A stretch of DNA of 64,000 bases from Tubulanus polymorphus (lineage: Eukaryota; Animalia; Nemertea). The notes under the pieces are model-generated. The model was not told where the DNA came from. It saw only the letters and a list, made by a program, of their open reading frames with translations, and ran no database searches. Shown piece by piece: positions 41,501 through 53,703 of the stretch. The stretch covers positions 2,813,950-2,877,949 of the forward strand of contig NC_134026.1 of assembly GCF_964204645.1 (NCBI RefSeq). Reading direction: 5' to 3'. Made by a program: the position numbers and the translations under genes. Every line of letters starts with the position of its first letter. Within the stretch, counting starts at the first letter, position 1.

Positions 41501-44500
41501 AAGGATGAAAAAAAAAACGTGATGCCAGATTTGCATGAGACTTTCTATTTCAAGATCGCGGGCCTGTAAGAAGAAAAAAGGTCATCATCAAGTCTTTACT
41601 GATGACTCGAGGCTTTGCAACTCCTGAAGATACGATTATTTGTTAGCACCTCAGTGGTTTTACGTCTCCATAACCATCCATTAAAATTGTACCCATAGGG
41701 CTTTACAAGTTTCTTAGAATCATTTACTTTTTTTCTTGTGGCGCTTGGCGATAATAACTTGAATATATGCATTCGAATTTTGACATATGACTGCATGTTA
41801 AAACTTCGAAAAGGCGCCTAGTTATTTATTGTTTGGTGGAGACACGGAGTTAGAATCCCTAAGAGATGACCGTGGTAAGAATAATTCCGAAGTGCGAATA
41901 TTGAATGGCGGAGGTAGAAGAGCGATTTGATAAGTATCCAGTGGTGTTAGGTTTCACCTAGCAAGCAAGGTCACATTTTCATAATATTATTTATGATATT
42001 AACACGATGGCCAATTATTTCCGTCCTTTTCGCTATCAGATGATTAGATTGATAACTAATGCGATGATTTGTTGGATTATTGTCCTAGAAACAAGCTCAG
42101 TTTATTTTCCGAGTGATTCCACAGCGCATGAATACCGAATTATCGAATACTTGCATTTACACTGATCATGTATCTTGTACATACACACCTGAATCCGTAA
42201 GTCTGATTTCCCATACGGCATCTCAACTGAAATGCTCCGCCGGATATCCGGTTTATTTACCGACAAATTGACAAAAACACTTCATTATTAGCTCGATACT
42301 GCAGGAGTAATAATGGCCGGTTAGCGTAGGAATTTATGGCGTTCTAACGGCCATGATGTCGTCGAGGGGAATCATTTACCAAAGGTGATGAGAAATCCGG
42401 ACATTGACAGCGAAGGTGCGCGTATAACAGGTGGAAAGCGGTAAAAGTTTTATGAAGACCGGTGTACAACATCAGTAGTTCTCACCGCAATAGACTATAT
42501 ATTTCAGTCTTGAGTGATTGTCGTGTTTAAAAATAGTCGCACAGCAAACATATTTGATCTTTACAAAACTATATTTGCCATCAATTAGTGTTATCTCTAC
42601 CTGTATCTTAAAGTTTGACGATGTACATTTTCAAAAGACTCACAATGGATATTACGCGGAGTTTGAAACACGTGTAATTCTCTTATAACACTTAGGAGCT
42701 GAATAACACGATTCAAATGCAAAAACAAAGTGAATCTGAACATTTTCCGGATTATACTGAATTCAACATCTAAGGGTTAACATCACCTCATCTATTCACA
42801 AAGCCACCGGTGCTAGATTTATCTACATTATAATGTGTGCTAGATAGTTGAGCTATATTTCAATTAAAACTTGTTCCATCACAAGGCGAATATTTGTAAG
42901 AGCGATCATTATCGGGTATGTGATGATTATCCATCCACACAATAAAGAGTCAAATGTGCCCTTTCTTCTCCCGAACTCTTGCCCTCTTAGATCCGCCCTG
43001 GATCATTATATACCAAATGCGATCCGATATAAAATTCGATCAAAATCCGATGTAAATATCATATCGACATTCGTTGCTTCCAGACCATCAGAAGCTCTCT
43101 ACGAATGCCACTAACTAAACTTTAAGTTCACAACCTTATGAAATCCTTAATATCCGTCGACATTGATAAACATCACGTAACAATATTTGCTTACTGTATC
43201 GAAGGCGACGTGTTTGAAATCAGTTCAATCGACTTCCAAGACTTTTATCCCGTACACTACACTGTTAGAAAAAATCTTGTAAATTTACTAAAAAATCCTG
43301 GCAGCAAAGTTGACTAGCAAAAGTTGTAAAATTACACGCACTTGTAACCAGTACAATAACTTGTAATACTACAAGATTCAATTGTAGAAATACAACTTTT
43401 CCCAGTCAACTTTGCTGCCAGGAATTTTCAGTAAATTTACAAGATTTGATTTCATTTCACAAGACAAATATGTAAAACAATAACAACAGATTTTACATGT
43501 AACAATATAACATAGATGATTTATTCTTAGAAAATACTCCTAAAGTTTAAATTTGAATTATTCTTCTACGAAACCAAAAAAGCTGTCATACATACTCAAT
43601 GTATAAACAAACAAGTAACATTTCATGGTAGAACTTCAAATATTTACATGTCCGTATTTCAGATTCTTGTTAGACATCAATGTTCCAAATTGGTTACTTT
43701 TAACACATGTACAGTGTAACCACCTCACAACCTTGTATGATTACCCAATGTTTTAAGAAACACTGGTATAATGAACACTAGAAAATGCTGACAATCCTGC
43801 CTGACCAAAGAGAAAATTCACAAACCGCATATGAACTATTAAATTCATTGTTCTGGGAGGTTTCGTTGCAACAAGATTTTCATTTAACAAGTTCTCATTA
43901 CATTCAAAGATATTAAAAATCTTTATGTCATGATTTTAAAAAAATAATTGTTTTGCCACTCTCTCAAATTATTTTAGCTTGCACAAAGGAAAGACAAATT
44001 GAAAAACAGTTAACAAGTTCACTGCTGCCCAAAACGACTTAGTTAGACCAGCTTTCATCTATGTGACACAACTTAGTTTAGATTACTTGTACATGAACTT
44101 AATCTATATGTCCTTACATGTAATCATAGTTATAATCAATCGAAAATGATACGAATTAAGATCTACTTCACATGAATTAATGAAAATCGAGTGACTAAAT
44201 TTAAGTCAAAACTTTTGACGCACTCATATCCACATTTTCAAAGAAAATTGTCAAAAATTTGAGCAGATGAATGTTTTGAACAACGATGTCAAAACATAAT
44301 ACAATCAAAAGAGATTTTATGAGAAAAATAAAACTCTTTAACAGAGAAGAACAAGTTCAAAATTATCTAATACACATCATAGAATTTTAACCTGACTTAA
44401 CTTAAAGCTCCTCTGGCATGGTTCTCACACTTACAAGAATTAAAAATTCCCAAGTTTTTCCCTGTACTGTGGGAACCATGCTCTAGTGGAGTGTCAAGCG

Positions 44501-47321
44501 TCAGACGCGACGAAATCTAATATAAGAAATGAAAATCACATTCCACACAAAACATTTCATAAACTTTTGAAACTCTTAACACCATATATAATAAAAGTTA
44601 ATATTTGATATTAAAACAAAAATCTTTAATCTTTAAAATCAAAAGATTATGAATTCACTTGAATTCCGACCATACAAGTGCATCAATTAATGGATGAGAC
44701 CAGTTTCCTGCCATATTTTATATGCTTATATAAATGTACTATTAATTAATTATGCAAGGTTTACAAGTGGTTACTCTTAATGCCCCAATCTGAATCCATT
44801 TCCTTCAAGTCGTTCACGAGTCTAATTATCCTTGGGTCCACTGAATACTTGCGTTTCTTCAACGATTTTGAACCTTTGTCAGGGTTTATATTCATGACAC
44901 ACCTGTAAGAAAAAAAGGGTAAGTATCAACCTTTAATCTTTCTAAAAATTGTCTCACCTAGGAGATTACAAGTCTGCAACTAATGCATAATAGCTTCATC
45001 GGGATAATGAGTCTCATAACTAAAGTGCTTGTAATCATATGAAATCAATTTACTTATAAATATTTAGTACTTCTCATCTTAACACTTTTGACTTGAATTT
45101 TGGTCCTTTATAGTTCACCTTGGAATAGGGTATGACTGAATTTAACAATGGGGAACTGTATGCACATTCTTTACACTGATATCGCATGGGAAAACTGAAA
45201 AAATTAATCAAAACTTAGTAAGATTCTCCACTAAGGCACTAGATAAAATATGATCGTCTTCATAAGCTAGGGGTCCAGGGACACCATGTCCACTCGGGAA
45301 GTGGTTTGAAATGCCGAACAAACAGAAAATTTCAATATTCAACGCCCCATGATGGTTGGACCATGACATATGCCTACAAGTTCTACAAGGACTAATGACC
45401 TTGAAACTCAACATATACAACATGTCATAAGCTACAACTTTGTAATTGATTGTGGTTAGAAAATATTCATAGGTACCAATATAAATAGGCAAATTGTATA
45501 TAATTCAATATTCAACGCCCCCTGGTGTGGTGGCGAGAGAGTAGAGTTGGTGGTAGCCACGGCAATTTTTTGGGCCTCATTCTTTAACAAGAACTGTTTT
45601 ATCAAATATATAGAGAATTCAACTAAACTTGTTATCACAACATAGGCCTACATCATATACTTACACTGAGGTTGCTCGATCTATCCTTATTTAATCCAAA
45701 CGAATGCTAATTCGATCCACTTCACGTTTCCACTTCCACGCTTACCACGCTTTCCAACAGGTGTTTATTCAACGACAGTAGCGAGAGTAAGGTTACTCAC
45801 TGTGATGTTCGAGTCCCGTAAATAGACGTTCAATATCATTACGTTCGAATCCCAAAATTCATTCAGTATCGTTGTGAGGTTCGAATCCCATGATTAATTC
45901 ACCGATGTATATTAATCAATTACACTACAATTTTTTTTAAATAACCTCTGTGGCTTTGTATCAAACCATTAAAAATTATTTCTTAAGTAATGGCTCATGG
46001 TACCTTAGCCAACACTTGGCCTGTAATCAGTAATGTAACATAACAAGGATTTCTTGTAGATTTACAGAGAATAACAGCATAAACTGTAATTGTCAAATAC
46101 TATATTGTAAATTGACAGCGTGATTGTAAATTTTACATAAATTATGTACATTACAAGATATCTTGTAACAATTTTGCTGTAAAATTGCAGTTATTTTTAA
46201 CAGTGTACCACGTCGACGGACAAACCATAAATCTCTTCAACTTAGGTGGAGGACGAATCTAAGCCGTCTGGCACAACTACTTACAAATCAATCGAGAATT
46301 TGCTAGATTTCATTAAGTCTGTAATAGACTTTCCGTGTAAATTGCATCGGTAGAGTGATCGATGCGGACAAAAGGCGGCTGGCGTAACAAAACGAAACGA
46401 GCTGTTGATTACGGAACCTGATTTGAGACTTGTACAAAAACACTGTAAACGATGTACATGTGCAATTCTTAATAATTGATTTTTCATTCGATGCGTTTCT
46501 CATTCTTATTTCGTTGTCTAATTTCAGGTAAACTAGTTCCGTATTTGGAGAATCTATCGTCACACGCTTCAGTTCTAACGATACTTGCGATCAGTTTCGA
46601 ACGTTACTACGCAATCTGCCATCCATTCCAAGCTCAGTACAATTGCACAGCCGAACGGTCGATAAAAGTTCTTATCGGAGTCTGGATTTTCGCCATCGCC
46701 GTGTCAGTGCCTTTTATATTCACCACTGAACTAGGAACTGCCAAATTTACGAAGACTGGTCAAACGGTCACCACATGCCGAACGGTCGCCACGACTCGGA
46801 AGTCGCGCGCATTTTTTACGACGAATATAGCGCTTTTTTTCTTTATTCCGGTCGTAATACTTGTCGTTCTATACAGCAATATCATCCTGCGGTTGTTTAA
46901 CGATGCCCAACAGCTGCTACAAGGTGACGTGAATAGCAGTTCTACGTTGCGGACCAGGCGACAAGTTGTTTATATGTTAATTTCTATAATTGTGCTTTTC
47001 GTAACGTGTATGTTGCCGTTTCGTATATTATCATTCTATATGATGTTCACCCCTATGGAACGCATCAGATCAGAGGTCGGTATGTACGGTATGCTCTATC
47101 TCGTATTATTCAGCCGGATTATGTATTATCTGAACTCTGCCGGCAATTTCGTCGTCTATAATGTACTGTCGACGAAATTCCGGGACGCTTTCCGTAAAGC
47201 GTTGTGTCCGAGAGTTCATAAAACGCGGCTCGAGCGTCGACTGACTCTGAGCACCTATTATAGTAGTGGCGCTCGGCATACTTACTACGAAAAAGATTCG
47301 GATGAACCAGTGAGCATTTGA
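26548..47321 (+). CDS. ETHR-like rhodopsin GPCR, paralogue 2, ~385 aa, with a 19.6-kb intron
   Basis: Exon 26548-26911 (TM1-TM2, ends GEAM-T/gtaagt) joins exon 46528-47321 (ttcag/GT-KLVPYLENLSSHASVLTILAISFERYYAICHP...). Intron position and phase match paralogue 1. I saw no intervening GPCR exon. Confidence 0.85.
30617..30636 (+). repeat. (GACA)n microsatellite
   Basis: GACAGACAGACAGACAGACA. Confidence 0.7.
43260..46205 (-). mobile_element. Internally deleted CACTA/EnSpm (CMC) DNA transposon, ~2.95 kb, in the GPCR2 intron
   Basis: Termini CACTGTTAGAAAAA / TTTTTAACAGTG with TA on both sides (2-bp TSD). Dense subterminal TTGTAAATTTAC-like repeats occur at both ends. Base composition shifts relative to the flanks (CpG-poor), and a residual spliced exon lies inside. 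Confidence 0.8.
44761..44902 (-). pseudogene. Residual terminal exon of the CACTA accessory ORF
   Basis: After the acceptor ttcttacag the frame reads CVMNINPDKGSKSLKKRKYSVDPRIIRLVNDLKEMDSDWGIKSNHL*. From memory, this resembles the INPxxGSK...VxPxV C-terminus of animal EnSpm-associated proteins. Confidence 0.5.
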
Positions 47322-50300
47322 CAAACGCTGGAACGTACTTTCGCGTGTTGGAAACAGCGGGAAGCTCTCATACGGAAGTGCGATAACCAAAATTCACAGA
47401 TCATAATCGAAATGTGTAATTTTGAAAGAACTGTAGATAATTAATCCGACATCAACGACCAGAAACATTACATTCGTTTATAACCATTTGTTCGTGATTC
47501 CTGAATTTTTCGTTGCGACAAGCTTTTATAGTTTATAGTTTGCGCGCAACAACTTTCATCTTGTCTCCTTGGCTGCAGCCGCTTTAATTGATAGTAAAAT
47601 TATTCAAAAAAGATGAGAGTTCAATTACATTATTGAATGAAATACATGTACAATAATTTGTTTCTATGTCTGAGAACTATATGTGTACTTCGATTCATTA
47701 TCACGATGTTATTACGTATACCTGTATATCATATCATTTGTTAAATTTGAAACAAAATATATTCACTGTTTTTTTTCATTAACATTTTACAATTTACATA
47801 TTTTTGTTTATTTTAGTGCCAAACTAGTCGGTAGGTGTAAAAGGTTATCATAGTGGCGGATTAAGTCCACAGTGACGCTCAATTTCCACCATTTTTATCT
47901 TTACACTTTTCGTTTTAACGCTGCGTTAAAACCATTGTTTCGGTTCATTAGATTTTATTTTCACCGTGTAGCATTAAAACCATAAGTTGATTGTAACACC
48001 GGTAAGTGAAAAATGAAAGAAAAAAAAAATGTCGGAGATTGCGTGTCATCATCTTGTTCAAGGTCGCCCGAATCAACCACCGTAGATGTGGTCTGACGTG
48101 GGTCGTTTATTTTTGGCTAAATGTTGGATCGATTTTCAGTGTGAATGACGTGCGAAGGGCACAATACCCGATCGCATTTTGATCCATCACAGCTCGACGA
48201 ACGCGTTTTTGATCGTGTAGAGCTCACCGCCGATTGACGTCGGGGAGGAAGACAATCTCACTTCACTGCAGGAGCAATTTATTTCTGGCTTATAATTCAT
48301 ATCGCGTATCGCGAATGATGGCTGTTTTAACTGCAAACAGCATAAGGCAATGTCGTCGCCATTTTGGTTTTTAACTGGCGTATTTTGTTAATCTCTTGCG
48401 GAATGGAGAGATTTTACCCAAAAGTTCTAAGCTTTAAGAGAACTGCAATGACATAAAATTTGATTGTAATTTCAGATATGAGTAGCTCATAGCTACGGAA
48501 GCGTCCTGGGGACGTATCCATTTCGAGGTTAATTCCGAGCTTGTTACTCGGAATAAACTAGTTTTCCCAGTTAAAAGCGATTTTTTTTTAGGTTTATTCC
48601 GAGTTTGTAACCCGGTATTTTTAATAGATATGTCCCGAAGACGCTTTCTGTACATAGCTTTCCATGTGTATTTGGATGTAGGCGTTAAAGTTGTCAAACA
48701 TCGACACGAAAATGTCAAATGCCACATTCATGTACATATATGGAACTTCTAGGAAAAGTATTTTCAAACGATTATTTCACAGTTATGATTTAAATGTAGA
48801 AATTCACTTCTATAACGAACGTGCTTTAACGAGTTTAACCTGACTCATGACTGAAGAACTAAATACGTCCCAGGCGACGCTTCATTAAACCAGGGAATAT
48901 GATTTTTTATGCATAATCTTCAAGCTATACATATTCCGCTTCAGGGATCGATTTTGGAAAGTCAACGACACATGTAGCTGGAACCCGAAACGATGTCATA
49001 AAATCGCATGCCTTATTGGAACAAATGATACATTAATGACCGGGTTACTGGACTTGGTTTGGGCAAGAATTGACAAAACGACGACATTATTTGCTGCGAA
49101 TATTATTCCCATACGGCTGAGATTGACCGACAAGGAATACCATAGCCTTCATTAATCATGATCTGTGTAGATATCGTCACTATGTTTATTGTAGATAATT
49201 ACGGTTAATGAGTGTCATCCAGAAATCCCTGTTGACTAGAATTACTTGCGCGTAAGTGTCGGAATACTTAGTGGAGAAGCTGACCTTCTATTCCTGTCAT
49301 GTGTGCTCGTCGTTAAGAAGGAAACAAAATACACATATCAGTCGTTTGGTGTCAGTTATGGCGGAACAGCTGCGGATTAAATACCGCAATCCACTTCCAG
49401 CTTATTATTTCATCCTGTCATCTTAAAATGTGACGAAAAAATGCTTCGCACCTGCGATCGACACGAACTCATAGGACAAACTCTTCTGGCTACGAAGTTA
49501 GATTTCAATTGTTCAATCCTATCATGACAGTTCGAAGTGAATCATAGGTGCGTCCCTACGCAAAGATAATATTAACATTTTTACGTCTGAAGTGCGTCCT
49601 ATTTATTGACCCTGGAACCTGCTAATCGAAATAGATACGTATTAAAAAACGACACGTACAAGAGATAACTTATATTATTACCAGTGACACTTGTCAAAGA
49701 TCAGTATTAGTTAAAAGGCAACGTACAAACATACAAGAAAAATCCTCTAAATTTCTAACTAGAGATTTATACTTTATAAGGATTGGCAAAATGTTGTTTT
49801 CAATGCGGAACTAGACTTAGCTAACCTTCGTCGGAGTGGATGCTTGCTTGTTACATAAAGCTACTCGTTTTTTTTCTTTTTGCATACATACAAATTAAAG
49901 TTCTGGGTGTCCCGGGTAAAGTTTACGCGATCAAAAAAGTTTTTTCAAGGGATCGCTTAGTAGGTGCCCTTGAAGTAACCAGACATTCGAACATGAATGA
50001 AAAATCAACCCGAAAATGTAAGGTCAATAAAAATTCACAGATAAAACATTGAGATTAAAAACTTGAATTATCTAGTCCAAGTAAACTTGATGACGAATCT
50101 GTTATCTAGATGATAATGACTTTTTTCGCGCAATCACGTGAATGAATAGGCTTACCGAATAAATTGCCTCAAAATCTCCCTCATGCTCACATTTCGTCGT
50201 TGTCGCCAGTGGAACGCAGGACTACCCAACAAATCTAGGTATGATAAAAATTCATTTACGATGCCAAACCATGCGTAATATTGCCATAATTAGATTTATG

Positions 50301-50790
50301 GAAGCCATTTCCAGGAATTCTGGTTGTTGGTTTAGATAAACAGAAGCAGTAAAAGACTTGTCATAGTCAGACTTCTAATATTGATAAGTCAAAAGGTGCT
50401 GTGTGTATTCAGAAAAATGCTACCGAGAGTGTTGATGCTTCGTGGAGCGTTAAAGAAAGAAATGAAGATATTTTGGTTTATTAACTTATTGGCTATGATG
50501 ATAATACTGATCCGACCGAAGAGAAAGTGATAAAATTTGTTGTTAGAAGTTACTAAAACAGGAGGAATACAAAGAGTCAATAAATTCAATTTTGCAAAAA
50601 GAACATACGTAAATTATTAGGGCCATATGGATTTGTAATAAAGACACTGAAGTGTTCAAAACTTCATATCATTAATTACAATTAGATATACGATCATCGT
50701 TTTGCTTTGCTTTATTCTGCTTTTGTTGTTTTTATTTTTTTTAAAATTCGGGATCACCATGATTCCTTTGTTTTCCAGAAAATAAAGAAG

Positions 50791-53703
50791 ATGCCAAGTT
50801 TCTCTCAAAAAACCCTATTGGCCACGGCCATAACGGGTATTGTATTTTCATTGTTATTCGTCGGATTCCGGTTTCGAAACAACAATGATGATGATGATTC
50901 TTTATCGATGAAAACAATGCTTGATGACGCTGTTGTTCCAGAGCTGCTCAAAGAACACACAAAAGAATTCGATGTTCCGCAGATTTTGAAGGTAACAGAT
51001 ATATACAGTATCATCGAAAATACATAAATAGCATCTTTATGTATTTTTGGTATTATACAGTATACTCGAGCCACAGTGACGTGAACTTTGTTCGCGTCTA
51101 ATCAAAAATGGTCCAATATTGCATGATTTATTGTTAAGTAAATATTATAAATGTCACTGCAGAATACCTTACTTCAAAATCACAGGTCACTAGAACGATT
51201 ATGACGACATTGGACACAGAAAATAGACAACATATCAATCTAACAAAATGTCTGTCTAAATGTCTATTGTTCGTGCAATGTTTCTTAAAATCATGCAACC
51301 CCAACACGGTGTATTAATTCAGCCTGTTGGCTCCTTCTTCATCATTAATTCATAATACGATACTGTTCTCATTTCTAGGTGACCGAAGGCGTGTATGTGG
51401 CAGTAGGTTATGCGGTAGCTAATTCGATCTTGCTCGAAGGGCCAGAAAGCGTAGTGGTGGTTGACGTCACAGAAAGTGTCAACGCCGCTCGTGACATCAG
51501 AAGGGATTTCCGTAAGATAACAGATAAACCTGTCAGCGCTATCATCTACACGCATAATCATGCTGATCATATGAATGGCGCATCGGTAAGTTCTTCATCA
51601 AGGAAACACAGGAACAACCAATCTAATCTAGAAAACCTACATACCCATCCTCAATGTTATTTTTGCATTTCCTTATTCGAGAATATCAATTACCACAATT
51701 GACTTCTCATCAATACTTTCTCTTTGAAGTTGTAAATGGAACGATCTTTATTTCGTAAAAGAATGACCTTGCTGTCCATTTTCTTCCAACTGTTTAAGTA
51801 AATATGAGATTTGTTTCTTCCAATTGTTTAAGTAAATATGAGATTTGTGTGGGCTAATGAGTGGTTTTATATACACACTAAATTTACTTTTTGTAAATAA
51901 CCTTGAAACTAAACAAACCATTTGCTTTCTGGTCGATGTCATCTAGTTATCTGTGCTATAGTGAGTATCGTTCGTTTTGCTATGTATAAATTGTGGTATG
52001 TTGTATTTTGGGTCATTCCTTGACGGTTGTTTTAGCACAAAACCGAAATTTCGGATTTAGAAAAATAAATCTCAACTTTTCGATAGTCTAACTTTTTGGC
52101 TTTGTGATTGTGGGACTTACATTCAAAGCTAGAATAATTTCACGTTCTTCATTTTAGAGCTTTATCGATGATATAAACAATCCCCCAGAAATTTGGGCTC
52201 ACATTTCAACTCTGGACGAATTCCATAGATTTTTCACGACGACACCGATTGTAACCAAGCGGGCATTTCGACAGTTCGGCGTCTACAACCCGGCCTTCGT
52301 TAACTGCGGCATAGGCCCAAAACTACGATATCACAGACACTCCAAAACCGGTCTCATCTATCCAAACAAGTTCTTCAAGACAGACCGCGAAGAATTTGAA
52401 ATTGGTGGTAAACGATATTCTACATTCGCTATTTCGTTATTCTTTTCATGATGATATAACGTTTATGCTAAACCAATGGGAGTATTTGTCTACCCCTTTA
52501 TATGGTCACTGATAGCTATCAAGCTATCATCAAGCTATCGTCCATACTAAGTTTCCTAGAAATGTCTTCTTTTCACCTCAGATGTTTTCTTTGTTTCTAG
52601 GTATGAACTTGTCCTTGATGCGTATTCCTGGTGAGACACCCGATCAAATAGCCGTGTGGTACCCCGAGAAACGCGTCCTACTGCCCGCTGACGACATCTA
52701 CCGGGCATTCCCTAATCTATACGCCATTCGCGGAACGCCGACGCGTGACGTCAGAATCTGGGCTCAGTCGTTAGACAAGATGAAATCGTTGAATGCGGCT
52801 CATTTAGTACCCAGTCATACCAAACCAGTGTCTGGAGAATCGCTCATCTACGACCTTCTTACTGATTACAAGGACGCTATTCAATTCGTTCACGACCAAA
52901 CAGTGCGATACATGAACAAGGGACTACATCCGAATGATATAGTGCCACTTGTTAAACTTCCTAAAAGGTTAAAAAATCACCCGTTTCTCATAGAATATTA
53001 CGGCACAGTTGCCTGGTCAGTTAGAGGTGTTTTTAACATGTATCTGGGCTGGTTCAGTGGCAATCCAGTCGATTTGCATCCTTATGACCCAAAAGAGAAA
53101 GCCAGGCATATGGTGAAACTAGCGGATGGAGTGGACAACCTGTTGCGAAAGGGACAAACTGCATTAGAAGAGGGGGACTACCAGTTTGCGTTAGAATTAT
53201 CTTCCTATGTCTACACGTTAAACCGTAATGACAATGAAGCGAAGCGACTCCGGATCCGGGCTCTTAAAAAATTAGGAGAACGGGAAATAAGCGCCAATGG
53301 ACGTAATTATTACATGACGTCGGCTTTAGAAACGGCTGGGTTGAATTTGAAGTTGTCGGAAGATTCGCGGAAGAGCGCCATAATGAATTTACCGCTTAAC
53401 CTACTATTCGATATCATGGCGTTAAAGTTAAAAGCTGAAGTCTGCGATGGTTTGCGTAAGATGGTCACTTTCAAATTCCCGGATGTCGATGAAACGATTA
53501 CGATGACACTTCGAAATTCAGTCGTTGAAATATCACAAAATCCTCCGAAAACGGAACCAGACATAGTTGTCAGCGTTTCCGCTGAATTGTGGCGTCGAAT
53601 CTTAAGTCACGAAGAATCGCCGACCGAGGCAATCAAACTGGGACACATGGAAATCAATAAACCTGATGAATTTGCAAATTTCATTACTCTTTTTGAAGTT
53701 TAA
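50791..53703 (+). CDS. Alkyl/aryl sulfatase (SdsA1/BDS1-like; MBL fold + dimerisation + SCP2-like domains) with N-terminal TM anchor, ~586 aa
   Basis: Exons 50791-50991, 51379-51585, 52158-52407 and 52601-53703 (1761 nt, GT-AG). Motifs: IIYTHNHADH (HxHxDH), GIGP, PGETPDQ, FPNLYAIRGTPTRD, LVPSHTKP, EYYGTVAWSVRG, GWFSGNP, SANGRNYY. Residues ~7-25 are hydrophobic. Confidence 0.92.
51781..51849 (+). repeat. ~34-bp tandem duplication in sulfatase intron 2
   Basis: TTCTTCCAA(C/T)TGTTTAAGTAAATATGAGATTTGT occurs twice. Confidence 0.75.

Noticed and set aside
27000-43200. Alternative (ETHR-A/B-like) 3' exon or nested gene inside the GPCR2 intron
   Set aside because: None of the listed ORFs has TM3-TM7 motifs or other recognisable protein features. 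Short exons cannot be excluded by eye.
45807-45889. Repeat-spacer pattern as a CRISPR array
   Set aside because: The repeat is only 11 bp with 3 units, there are no cas genes, and the context is a eukaryotic transposon. Kept only as a B-box-like array.
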